Below, in pieces: positions 37,963 through 51,611 of a DNA stretch of 64,000 nucleotides. Within the stretch, counting starts at the first letter, position 1. The number at the start of each line of letters is the position of its first letter. The stretch is from contig NC_092676.1 in the NCBI RefSeq assembly GCF_964355755.1, positions 21,160,871 through 21,224,870 on the forward strand, given 5' to 3'. The DNA is from Antedon mediterranea. Its lineage: Eukaryota > Animalia > Echinodermata. The notes under the pieces were generated by a model. The model worked only from the letters and a program-made list of their open reading frames with translations. It had not been told where the DNA came from and ran no database searches. The translations under genes were made by a program, and so were the position numbers.

Positions 37963-40900
37963 TTCTTAACGTGCTATTATGCTATATTATAGGCCTAATA
38001 ATTAATTATTTATATTTTTAAAATAGGCCTAGCGTATCGAAATAGATTCGTGTATACACTCATCATGCTATGTTGTTTATTTTTATGTAACGATTGTTTT
38101 TTTCATTCAAGTCATATGGAAGTTGACAACAATATTGAAATTGTTTGTTCATAATGCTAATGAAAGAGTTGGTCAAAAAGACTTCACAGAATTAATTAAA
38201 TACAACAACAACGTATTTATATCAAAACATTTCTTGGAATAGAAATAGATTGTAAAATTGGTAAAAAAACAAACATGTTAAATGTATACAAACAACAATT
38301 GATAAATACATCAGTATAATAATAATATATAAATTGAGAAAACTGCTAAAAAGTAGTGTATAATTTATTTTATTTATGCATTGATATTACCATATTAATG
38401 ATTGTTGTGAAATTTGGGGTAACACTTATAAAAGTACAGTACAAAATGTTTACAAAAAAAAGGTACTGTAATTTATAAAATTATCAATAGTGTAAGATGA
38501 TAGCATTAGCCATAGTAGTAAATGATACTGGATACCAGAGGAAGTAGAGGTTTCGTTTTGAGGTTTTTTCATCTACAGTATTATATATAATGCCTTCAAT
38601 TCAGAATAAGGAAATAGAATTAAGCTTCACGGCCAAAATGATAATAGAGGACTAAATAAAGTGGAATGCGTCAATTTCTCATGCATTTATTGGTGAAAAA
38701 CACGTTTAATCTCAATATATTTGTTAATTTGTCAATAAAAATGCTGTAATATATTACTGCTGATACTTTTCTGTTTTCAAAGAATAATAATCGATCCTAA
38801 ATTTTGGGAAATGATAAAATGATGCCTCGCATTTTTTGATGATGGTAAAACGATGCCTCGAATAAATTTCTGACTTGCCTTGCTTTTGCGCATATCCTAG
38901 GCCTGTTGTGCATGTTGGTCTCTGTGCCCTGGGGACCTGTGAACACCTGCACATAGCCGGCCTAGCCTATTAAACAATTATTACGCAATAAACATTAAGC
39001 TATATGCTTTGCAATTAGTGGTAATATGTAGGCCTAAACACATAAATATAAGTTTAATTTATAGTATAATAATTAGATATCAAATTAATAGTTTTCATAC
39101 AATAATATCGTGGATTTATATAGAACCTAATGTTGTGAAACATTATTACCCCAGTCTATTGGATCAAACGTGTATGGAAACATCCAAAATTTAAATGACA
39201 CATGAAATAAATAATGTCATATTGCAGTTTTTGGTATAACAAGTGAGCATCTTCATCTGCAATCAAAGTTGCTATTTCATTGCCAGAATTTACCTGTTTG
39301 GTGACCAAGTCAGCAACTTTTTTGGCTTATATTATAATGCTGTTTCCAAGATTCATCGAACATAAAGGACATTATATTGTGCCAACAAGGATGAAGAACC
39401 ATCAGTTAAAGATACTGCATATCAACGGTATTCAAAGGGTTTGGGTAATTTTCTAACTTGCCATCACTACCGGTGACCGGTAAACAAGCTTTGTTCTTAT
39501 GTCATCCACACTAGCATTTGGTATAAATCTTTATGGATTTGGAATATTTTGAAATGGTGAATAAATTGATAATTGGTACTTAATTACAGTATTTAAATTT
39601 CTACAACAAGCAGTATTTAACTTCCTTGGCAAAACATTTCAGGAAATGGAATCGAAACTTTGAATGCAGATGGAGCATTAAATCTATTAGGGGCCTACTA
39701 TTACTTTGCCATCATTAAAAAAATATTTTAAGACAGAAGAAGCAATATAGTGGAAAAATCGGTAGTTAAAGAAAACACTGGGGAGCAAATGGCAACATCT
39801 TCAATGGCATTTCGAATGAGAAACGATCTGTACTTGCAAAGAAACAAAGATATGAATTATGAATGAATTCGAAACATGCATCTTTTGTTCAGTCCAAAAT
39901 TAACAAGACATCTGATTAATAATAATTAATAGTAATTCACTTACAGTAGGTGGTCTATAAGTAAAACCAACCGTTAAGGAGATAATATACAGGGCTTCAA
40001 AATGGTAAATGGCGGCCATTTTTAATTTATGCTAATGAACCCACTTCACGATGTCCGATTTTGGTCAACTTTGGATATGATGTTAATTTGGACCATATCA
40101 ACCAGACAAAACAAAAACAAATTATGTTGCAATTTGTTCTAGGTTCAACCATACTTTTACTGGACTATAGGTAGAAACCATTTTTAACTATGTTAATTAA
40201 AAGTCAAGTTATAAGCCAAAACACGTTTAAAATGATGGCGACCATCTTTAATTCCAACATGGCGACTGAAATAGAATATTTACAACTTTAATAACAATAT
40301 ATTTGGAATCCTCAGTATCACAAACATAGGTACTGTATAGGCATCATTTCTAACCTACTATGTTACTTATATGTTAAGTTATAAGCCAAAATACGTTTTA
40401 AATGGCGACCATCTTGAATTCCAACATGGAGGCTGAAATAGAATATTTACAACTGTAATAACAATATATTTGGAATCCTCAGTATTATAAACATAGGTAT
40501 AGAAACTATTTTTAACTTGCTATGTTAATTAAAAGTCAAGTTATAAGCCAAAATACGTTTAAAATGGCGGCCATCTTGGATTTCAACATGGCGGCTGAAA
40601 TAGAATATTTTCAACTTTAATAACAATATAGTTGGAATCTTCACTATCACAAACATAGGTATAGACACCATTTTTAACTTGCTACGTCACTTAAAAGTCA
40701 AGTTATAAGCCAAAATAAGTCTGAAATGGCGGCCATTTGGTTTTTCACATTTTAAGGGTGAAGATCTAAAAATTGAGCCGGGTAATCAGCAAATTTGAAT
40801 TCAGAACCCCAAAATTACCCTAAAACACATGTTTATTCGCTTTTAACACGAAATTCCTACAGCATTTCATTTTTCTCAAATCTGGACTAGTCTACTTCCA

Positions 40901-41756
40901 AGAACGCTGAAAAGAATTGCAACAATGTGATTTTGTTTATCATATTAAACATTTTTTTAAAATTCAAATTAATATTATTGTTAATACTTAAAATTATATT
41001 ACTCGGTTAATTTGTGGGGTAACTGGTCATCTTATCAGTTCATTTTGTTAAATGTTAGTGTCTTAACCCATTTAAGACTGCTTTGTAGAAGATGTTTGTG
41101 GTGAAGAAAGTAGATAACATCGTATAGCCCTTAGTTAATGACGATAATAGTTTGCTAGGATTCTAACGAGTTTATCTAATATCGTAAGCGAAACAAAGTG
41201 GATGATGGATAAGTAGAAATAAATTCTAAATAATCTATCTCAGTTCTTCTATAAGTCATAATGGCGGTAATTCATTACTGTAAACTCATGCTGAATCGTA
41301 TACAGTAAATTAACCCTACAGCACCTCACAGCGGATTGTTCAAAATATAATGTTTAAAATACCTCGCTTAATAACAGTAGAGATTTTGCAACGAAAATGG
41401 CTAATTCCCGAACCGCCTATACCATAATTTAATAACCAATTTCGACAAACACGATTAAGAGATATACACAGAATAGTGTCAAAAAAGATTTTGTATTTCC
41501 ATTACTAAGATTGAATTCTTCCAATTAAATTTAAATATAGTATTGCACAATTCAGATGATTGTACATTAACAATCTGTTTTTAATATGTACGACAAGAAC
41601 CTATGTAATATCTCTTTATTTGCACGTAACTTAGGGACTTATTTTTCATTAGCACAAAAATACTTGGATCGAAGTAATCAAAATTAATTTAGTCAAAATA
41701 AATAGCATATTTGTATTTTCTATTTTATCTTCATTATTGCGGTTTTATTGTATTGT

Positions 41757-41850
41757 AAGCACATCACAAGATGACAGTTTCATTACTTTTGCTTTTCCGC
41801 TAGAATTACACTTTTTTTGTTATGTAAAAAGATTGAAAACAAATGAAATG
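41757..41850 (+). mobile_element. LINE/SINE 3' tail shared with 16990-17095
   Basis: Inverted near-identical match, ending in (aaatg)n. Confidence 0.5.
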
Positions 41851-42547
41851 ATAGGCCTAAATAAATCTGGATCGATATGATCGCCACTCTATATTTGCTC
41901 GTTGAAATGATTGTTTTAAGGTTTACATTGTAATGAATGGGCATAATGCTCCGTTCTTAATGTGCACTAAAGACAAAAATTTGTCGAGTGATAACCATGA
42001 AGGATGTTTTAGTTGCCGAAATAATTTCTTTTAGCCTCTAATCAGGTTCGTGGCTTCCATACTTATCACTATAGAGATATAATTATCTCACAGTATTACC
42101 CATGGGGTGCGATCGCCGCCATGATGGTTAAATCAATCGCGGGTGCATACGTGAGCATAATAAAAGTATTTGCGAGTTTATCAGGTTTTTGAACTATTAA
42201 CCTATTGTTAACGCAAACAATAAATTAAATATCCGTACCTAATTATGTTAGAAAATCTTGATTTCAAAGCAATAAATAATTAAAATAATTTATCTTAAAT
42301 GATAGGCAAGGAAAACATCGGATGATGGATAACGAAAATTTAATATGAATTAGGAACAAAAAACGGCTGAAACTCATTGTCGAGAATATCTGAATGTCGG
42401 CCTACTTTTATTTTAGAAACTAAGACAACCATTCAGAAGTTGTGATTTTGTGTAGGCTCTGGCGACAACTTTGATGATTATTTTGTTGAAACGATGGCAA
42501 ATAGATAGATAGTATTCCCTTATTACATGAATATTTTTGCTCTCTTT

Positions 42548-42623
42548 TTATATTATATAGGTCATTAGTCTATTTTTGTAAGTTGCTCTGTCGGCATTCT
42601 CTGTACACAATTCTCATTATTGC

Positions 42624-42654
<31 letters not shown>

Positions 42655-42724
42655 GGTCATTAGTCTATTTTTGTAAGTTGCTCTGTCGGCATTCTCTGTA
42701 CACAATTCTCATTATTGCTATATA
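42548..42724. repeat. Exact ~80-bp tandem duplication separated by a (TA)n microsatellite
   Basis: tattatataggtcattagtctatttttgtaagttgctctgtcggcattctctgtacacaattctcattattgctatata occurs twice. Confidence 0.9.
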
Positions 42725-43099
42725 TTTTCTGTTCATTTAGTTTGTAGAGTAGATGGTCAAATAAAAATAACGTGACTGTGAATTTCGTGATTGTTGACTA
42801 TGAGCGAGGACTGTTGAATCACGGATTATCGTCTTTTACTGCTTTACAGTCGGTAATAAATCGTATACAAGTCAATGGAGAAATGCTTCTGAAACAAATC
42901 AAGCGTGTTCGGTCCTTAGTTCTATCGCCGTGTCATAAAATAAAAATTTATGTAGGATCAAGGGTTAAGGAAGGATGGCAATCGTTAATTTACCTGTATT
43001 AAAAAAAAAAAAAATTACAATACAATACAATATCTTTTCTTTCTGACTTTGATTGTATTTATCATTGCATGTAATTGTGTTGCAAATATGTTTTTCCTC

Positions 43100-43230
43100 T
43101 AAACTTAGTTCCCACGAAAGCGAGTTTACCAATCATCGAGCAACAGGATGATCCATCGCGTCGAATTTGGTCAAATTACTTCCGTTGCGCTTACGTCTTT
43201 GCGCAGCGTCCAAGTGTTTATCAAGCTTTA
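43100..43230. mobile_element. Degenerate MITE family A copy
   Basis: aacttagttcccac...ccgttgcgcttacgtctttgcgcagcgtccaagtg...caagcttta. Confidence 0.55.
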
Positions 43231-44759
43231 ATCCTCTTACTAGAATTCGGTCATTTACCTTAGGTCATTACAATTGACCAATGACTTTAGGAGAATGCCT
43301 ACGAGAATAAAAGAGCATTATAATTATTTCTTAAGACGCATAAAACACTCGTCAAATACGTTGACCTCTAGGCTGCATTGCCATCAACAAGATGAACTTG
43401 AACAGATTTCCATTTTTAATTTAAGATTAAATATTTTATAGTTGATCAAAAGTATCATTACAATCATGCCAAGGGGAAATAGTTATATACATTTATTTGA
43501 CTTTTCTTAATACTATATCTAGGTCATAGGTAATAAAATGTACAATGTAAGAGCGCAATCACATTTGATTGTTTATAAACACTGTATTTAATATTTATTT
43601 AACATTATGTAATGGACATGAGCTCTGTATCACACGATTTGCTTAGATACTGTACTCTCGAGAATATTATACAATATAGCCTACTTTGATAACTACGGAT
43701 GATAGTTTATTATAATCATCATTACAGTGTTATTTGTCCACACTGTTGTATTGCTAATAGTGTTTATTTATACATGAATATCAAAACAGACATTGATTCT
43801 ACCTATCCAAATCCAAACTACTAAACGAATCCCAAGTGATTATCTAATGTTAATAAAAAAAGTTCCGAGATAGAATAATAAAGAAGTAACAAAACTGCCG
43901 AGTGTAATAAACTTGCAATAACATTGATAAACTTTTAGCCTTGTAAAACTATATTCAATAAAATTATATATTCTTTTTGTCAAGCATGTAATACAGTAAT
44001 AACAACTGTATGAAGGATCATCATGTAGCGACGTAATGACGACGTCTGTTTGTCATCTCTTTTAACTAGAGGCTAGAAAAGACACAATCACTGCAGCATC
44101 CTGTGACAAGCTTTACATAATTCATGTTTTGATAATTAGTAAAATAATTAGTTTACACCGAACATAAAAATAACATGATTAATATGAACTCAGAATATTA
44201 ACAATTTTACAAGGATCTAAAGAAACACGTACTCATATCAATATAGCATTAAGGCTTCAGGCCTACAGCGAAAAAGTAATTTATTAGAGTAATGGGAAGT
44301 ATATCCACGTCCGGTAAGATGTGTGGGCCTATTATAGGCTACTGTATTTGTATAGGCCTATATACTACAACAGAGCCCAAATTTTAAACAATTGCAAAAA
44401 TAGAGTCAGATTTGCACTGTAAAGATACAAAGGGAACAAAGATTCAACAATGTTATCAACTATGGCTAAAATAAATAAATGTGTGTCTAAGACATGAGCA
44501 CTGAAAAAACTTGGAGAAATGCAGAGTGTGACGACAGAGGGCGCTTTATTTAACTATTCGAGCAATATTGAAGATATAGATAACTCGAGATTTTAATCAG
44601 CTTTTATGACATCAATATATCGATTTTTCAAAAAAAAATATCAATAGGCATGGTCTATTTACAAAAAAGAAAACAAGTTGTGGACGATATCGTGCAAACA
44701 AACAGACAACATATAAACACAACTAGTATAGTAAAATTATCTGGTAAAATGTTTGTCCC

Positions 44760-44795
44760 TCGTCTTTCCGATGAGACATTAAACCGTCGGTCCCA
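44760..44795 (+). mobile_element. Deu/Nin-domain SINE core fragment
   Basis: cgtctttccgatgagacattaaaccgtcggtccc resembles the conserved DeuSINE core (cgtctttcggatgagacgttaaaccgagg) as I recall it. Confidence 0.5.
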
Positions 44796-47700
44796 CGAGT
44801 GTTCATAGGCGGTTACAATGTAGTAATGTCTTACTTCAAACCAACGACAGTCATGCAATTTTGATCTTTAATTTCAAAAGTTCAAAACCAATCATTAAAT
44901 CTTTCAATATGGATTAATGTTTGTTACGTTAATATAATTGATCTATTGATTTTAGTAATTAGAATATCTGCTTATTTCCTGATCTTCTGTACTATAAAAA
45001 TAAAAACATAATGCCTATATCACGAATTCGTGAAAGTCAATTAGGCGTATATCATTGATTTGTTATTTCTTTCGTTCAATATATATAATTGGAATGTTAC
45101 CTCGGTGCTCCTTTTGGCACGTGACAGCGCGTATATGTGTCTAAAACATAAATCGTCATTGTAACAATCAAATATTGTTACGTGAATGTATTCGTCAAGA
45201 TGACAGTCACGTCATATATAATGTTAGTGACAAATAATTAAATAAAAAGTGATAAAGAAATGCTTACAGTATAAAAAAAAGAACAGTCTATGGAACATCC
45301 TCTTGATCGACTTTGAAAGATAATTCTGTTAAACCATAAATGACATGACATATATTTCTACAGGTACATGTTCTACACTGTTTAATTTTAATATATATTC
45401 GAAAATAAAATATTTTAGGATTTCCAACACATTTCAGTAATAATGAGGATGACATTTGTTGTCCTTAGGCTCGCACATTTCATTTCAACCCATGCAACCC
45501 ATTATATTTTATGCAGTCGACCTACTTTCTCATTTTGACAATAAATAAATAAATTTCAAAACTATGACATGTTTTTTAATATCATTATATACGTATGTAT
45601 CTATATCATCTTGAAAAAAAAACTACCTTCTGCTCAGTTCCATTTAGTTTATGTTCAGCTTTCGTAAACGTATTTTGAGAATGATTTTTTTGTTAAAAGC
45701 TGTTAGTGTGCGCCATCTATAATCGTTCGGCCCTGCGGTAGATCTAGCCTCTCTCCTGGTCTTTAACATTGGGTTAAGATAGAAGCAGCGTACTAATTGA
45801 ATACAAAATTAATTTTGTATTCGTTGAATGGGGAGAATATTTTAATTTTTTGATAGCCTCACCTCGTTTAATAGTCTAGAACAGTCAATCTTTTAAACAA
45901 TTCTTCAACTCTTAAACATCCATGTTTATTATTAATCATTTTAATATAAAAACACGTTGCAAAGAAGATCATGATAGGATGACAATGATATTAGATCAAT
46001 AAATGAAGTACACATGTAAGGTACGTGTTGTGTAGGTGTATTTTATTTAATTTCATAATAGGAAATTTAAAACCTGATAAACCAATTTAAAAAGAATCAA
46101 TACGAATTTGCACTTTTTAGTATTACTGGTGTAATTATGGACTTTAAAAAAAAACATTTTTGTTGTTGAATATGGAATTTTTTATGTCACATAAGTTATT
46201 CACTTTGACTATTATTACAAACAATTATTGAAAAAAGTAATTTAAATCCAAAAATAGTTTGTGTGTGACCGCATTTTATACCCATGGTTCGCTATATCCA
46301 TGATCGTTATACATTTATTTTATGTTGGGTGTGGACATTATTAAATGGCCAATACTGTGTAGTAGGACATTAACGGCTATTTGTTAACAAAGAAGTTTCC
46401 AACACACGTGTTATCTAGTGACAGCTTATAGTTGTTTTCAGGTTTATAATTAAAGAATTTTTGTTTGTTTATAGCCAGTATTTGACAGGTAAAAATAGAC
46501 TGGCAATCCACTATAATTCTAATTCCATTGCTGGCTTTTTTACAATAATCACTCACCCACCTCTGGCAATCACGCGAAAAACATTTCCAGTAAAAATAAA
46601 GCAACCATCGCTTTTTTAAAAACACAATAGTATAATTGTCGTTAAATGTGAAAATATATCTTATGTAATATGTTTACTTAAATGAATAACACTTGTAATT
46701 TTTTTAGGTTTTCTAAATATTGTCTGAAGCGATATACCGGTACTGTTGGCTACTTAAGATTTACGGTGTGATGCGCGCGAAGATTAATATCAAAACAACC
46801 ATGATTCGGCCTCTAAGAAAAAAATATATTAAAATTGTCCTTATGTTGAATCTATAGGCGCTCACTTTTATTAAAAACTTAGACAATAATGTGCAAATAT
46901 AATATGAGTAAGCTTATGTGTTCCGACCAGAGAATTTTGTTTTTGATGTGCGATTTGAGATATGGTTCAAAATCAAGAACCATGAAATACAAAATGTTCG
47001 ACACTTCGAATCCACTAACTAACCAACCAAGAGGTAAGGAGTGAACATCACTAGAAGGTTCAAGACATTGTATTTCTGTGATGACTTTAATTAGCATGTA
47101 CTAAAAATGTCTTCAATGTAATAAAAACAATACATCATTGATAACACTTGGTTGTATTACATCATCGCGATGACGTCATTAAATGTTTATTATACGTCAT
47201 TGACACAAAATTGTTCTTGTAATGTATTTTAGTTTTAAATAAATCTAAGATACCATCATAATCATTTCTATAGAAAATTATTTTTTTTTTAAAGTAAATT
47301 TTTGCCGTACTTGTCAACCATATTGTTATAACTACCGGTTCAGGCCAAAGTTACTGCACAAGTGATTTTATTCATTCAGATTATATTCTACGTTTTAAAA
47401 AGTAATGGCCTTCACGCGTTCCCAATCAAGTTTGCTATTTTCGGCGTTCCATATTTGAGATCTTGTTACCATGTATTTTCAGTTTTTTTTAAATACAATT
47501 TGAAACTCTCGTATCTTTAAGATAATTTTACCTTAAAGGGATTTTCCATTATTGCTGTAAACAAAATACTCAATCATTCCAAATATCACGTAAATGTTTT
47601 GGGTAAGTTGTTGAATTTCATTTTACGTATAATGTATAAAAGAGTACAGCACTCTCAATTCAAAATGTTGATATAAGAAAGCTTTTAGAAATTTGATGTA

Positions 47701-48267
47701 TTATATAGTAGATTGCCAACGGTACTATTAGATTCTGTATTAGGTGTTCATTTTGTTCTGTCAATATGAAACTTTGCTAATAAAGGATACATCATCAGAA
47801 AGTTACATTGTATGTTTACCGTTTAAATTATACAGTAATTTGTACCGTTCACACGTATTCAATTTTATAATAAATAAATAAACTTCAAGTAATGTCGATC
47901 GTGTTAGTGATAAAAAAAAAGAATGCACTTATATACACCACCCGATTCTGTGGCTGTCAGCAGACTCTATTTGGAAGACTGTTGCCAGTCTACTAGATAT
48001 ATAACTAACTGTATTAAGTACTTTTAATACACGATATCTCTGTCATTAGGTTCCTATCTAGAGACAATGTATAACGTTAGGCCTATATGTGTATTCAATA
48101 TCAAGTCCACACGGATAGTTCAAATTACACAGCAATAATCACCATTCTTTTGTACACAAATGTTGTAAATAGAAAGACATTTTTTAAAAACTTTGAAAAA
48201 TAAACGGTGTGGTAAAAATGTTATCAGATCAGATAATCAGATAATATAACTTGAATTGGACGTTTCT

Positions 48268-48545
48268 GGTATTTTTATTCAATTCATGCTATAGCAAAAA
48301 TTATCCACCGTATATCCACCATCTTTTTTCATCTTCTAGGGAGTCACCAGACATTTTATTACATAGGTTAAACTACTTAACTACTAAAAAAAGTCTTTCA
48401 GGTTTAAGGCCTATAGCGCAAAATTTTGTATATTACCACTATAAGGGAAATCAATGTTATTTTCGCCTTGATTTCTGTTACAAATATTTGAATTATGTGC
48501 ATTTAACCAGATATTATCTTTAAAAATCATGTACCTAAGCTTTAA
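48268..48545 (+). mobile_element. Dispersed repeat family F (ends agctttaa; possibly Kolobok-like)
   Basis: Direct ~280-bp copy at 60080-60350 (tcatgctatagcaaaaattatccacc...ctagggagtcacca...ttctgttacaaatatt). Confidence 0.7.
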
Positions 48546-51540
48546 CATTATTAAATGACACGTTGTTGGGTCTTTAAGGTAACTCTCTAAATAGGTGTTC
48601 TATTGTACTCGTTTTGAAGGGAAATTCACAACAGTACAATTGAACTTATAATCTGTTTACTTACAGTAGCAATGTAGATTATTAAATTAAAAAATATATA
48701 TATATACTGTGCTGTAATAATATTGAACGTTGAATAAAATGGTAATGTAATTATTATTATGTTGTCTTGATAGTTATTACAATAATGCAATTCAATTTGA
48801 AAAAAAAAATGATTAGATATGATAATGATTTTTAAAATAGTTGTATGATGATTAAATTTGGTTGATGTTTGTGCAAAAATGGAGCTTTCCGGAGTGGATT
48901 TAAATTATATAATATTTAAGACGTTTTGTTGGATCGATCTAGTACGACTTATACAAAGCATGCTTATTTAACTTGGTAAATTCTCGGTCGGTATCAATAA
49001 TTGCGTACAGTATCATGGACAAGTTTTGTGACATGTGTCGCCTATATTTATAGGCCATATGTCTAATCCCAAACTTAACATTACCATCAGGCGGCATGTG
49101 TGTGATACTGTATTAAGGATTTTGCCTATCTGACAGTAATATGTCACATAATGCCATAATGTGGAGATAGAACGAATTTCAACGATGTATTGCATTTATT
49201 ATTGCCAGTTAGAAAATCGAATTAGCATTAGTAAATGCCACTAGATGCGCTCAGATTTAGGGCGAGTTCGGGTAATGTAAATATCTTACAATGGTGCATT
49301 TCTTAAGTCAGGCCTTAGGAACTTTTGATTGACGCAGATTCATAGACCAATGATAGTCAACCTTTCAGAAGGTAAACATACATTGCCCCTAGAGTAGCAT
49401 GGACTTACATGGGTTGAATATTAATCACATTACAATTAGTTTTGTCTAATACAGTTTATACATTTTGCAGTCTAGAATGTGTTTTGAGAATTCAATTCTT
49501 AGAAGCGATAGCGCATTTGATGATTTTAAAGGAGTACTATACTCATTCTTGTATTTATTCGATCTTACCACACAGGAAAAAATGGCGAAATGCTTCCTAC
49601 TTTTTCTAGGAGTTGCATCAGTATATTGTTTTGACAACTCTTATAACATGACCACAGTGCTGATTTTGCCATTTGCCTACACATACCACAATAATACTTT
49701 TGTCTAATAAACGAAATTCATTTCATAATCTCGTGTTTAGGAAATTATAAATGCGGTACCATTATGTTATTTAAAGCGAATGTGACAATGGTTTCATTTA
49801 ATAAACTGCTATGATCCATATCCGATTCAAAACCATGTCGAGGGCGTGTATTTCCTTTATTAAATTCGGTCTGATAGTGATCTTTCCACAAATAGTTTAC
49901 CTTACGCATTTTACTGAAATGTAAAACCTAATTTTTTATTTTTATTATCTTAGACCTACAACCTCTTTGATGAACAGATGCCCATATTATACACATTATT
50001 AAACAGTCTCCTATAAAATAATTTTACTTTATTTTAAGCAACTTTAGTATTGCCGGGGGGGGGGGGGGGGTGGGGACGAGGAAAAACAGCGCCCTCGACG
50101 GCCTGTATTATAGAAAAATGAGCCCCCCCCCCTACTATCGACATATTTCAACAAATTTTATGATTTTAAATAATGATGAGTGATTGCTATACAAACAGAC
50201 TTAAACAAAGTTGATACGGTTAGTGGGCGTTTACATCAAGTAGAAGTTCCGAGTATCGGTTAATCGATACATTGATTATAATGTAACTAATTCTTACAGA
50301 CTTTATTATCACCTTTTTACCGTTCTGCTTCACGTACTGTATGTGACACCAATCTTGCTACCTCCGGCTTAGACACTTGATTATCTTTACAACAGCAACG
50401 TAATAAAAACCGACGTATTTTAGGATAATGGAATTAAGTTACATCATTTTGATTATGTATTGGTAGCTTGTACGTTTAAATTGATTTTTAAAATGTCTAA
50501 GAGAAAATGAATTTACATACAAGTCAACTCGTTTACTGTCATGCAATGATCTCTTTGTATTCCTATCATCGTTTTATGCTATTTAAAATCAGTCATGTCC
50601 ATGTAAATTTTAAATATTTGCATTTAAACTATTCTAAATAATTAACAAACGTCTATTCTGCTTAATGCTAGTAGATTTTCTCTTTTAACATCTGTGTGTA
50701 TGTTAGGTTTATCAACTATACAGGATTTTATTAGATTGTTTTGTACAGTTCATCGGATAGCCATCGGTATTTAGTAGAAGGGGGGCAATGTATTTTGATA
50801 CGTCACATGTTAAATGAACATTAAATACGTTTCTACCAACATGCCTACACTGATCAGTTCACCTAATCCGTGAATAGGACAGGCATCAAAACCCAAAGTC
50901 CACCTCCGTTTTCAGTTCTGCTCTTTATTATATTCATGTAGCCTACACGTTACATATAATAATAAGCGTTAATTAAGGTTATTAAAAAAGGTTATTTTTA
51001 CACAATGTTTTCAATAAAACACAATTTGTATCTTAGAAGAAAAACAAGTACGCTTTTAACGTGTTTAGAACATCTTCACGTAGAATCATCCAATTCCGTC
51101 GCCAGAATATCCGAGAAAATCGTAGTTGAAAAGATTGAATGGTCATTAGAGGGCATAATTAACACTAAAAGTACACACAGTGAGCTATAATTAATATATT
51201 CACTACCGTGTTGTTTTTACTAAACTCGGCATTTCATCTATTATTACTCTTTGGTGGTTTACGTCAATTACTGACGCTCCGTCATATACCAGGAAAGAGT
51301 ATAATTCACTATTCCATGGACATACAGATAATTAATTATGTTACTACAATATTACCTATATAATACAACAACTTACATAAATGAGAAAAGTTCGATGTAA
51401 CGGATGTAATTTAATTGGCGTGAACCCGGTATAAAGTGTTCTTCTATCTATATATGTATATAAACACATCAGGCACAGAACATTAATTCTAAACCGCCCG
51501 GTGATATAGGCCTACTGAAATTTAATTAATTAATTTGAAA

Positions 51541-51611
51541 CGACCCAACCGAGACTTGAACCCGGAACCTTCTGCTTGATATGCAGATGTTTAAACCATT
51601 AGATCACTGGG
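51541..51611 (-). mobile_element. tRNA-derived SINE head / pseudo-tRNA (second copy)
   Basis: Homologous to 37750-37820. Confidence 0.55.

Larger units (their letters stand above)
36673..40894. mobile_element. 4.2-kb DNA transposon with long, internally repeated TIRs (Academ-like, non-autonomous)
   Basis: Termini TAGACTAGTCCAGA...TCTGGACTAGTCTA flanked by a CTT direct repeat (36670-72, 40895-97). Arms 36673-~37325 and ~40168-40894 are inverted copies built of ~150-165-bp subunits. The family assignment is inferred from the TAG..CTA ends and 3-bp TSD. Confidence 0.7.

Noticed and set aside
49582-49620. MAKCFLLFLGVAS as first exon of tetraspanin A
   Set aside because: Weak donor; exon 53498-53569 aligns better with the paralog.
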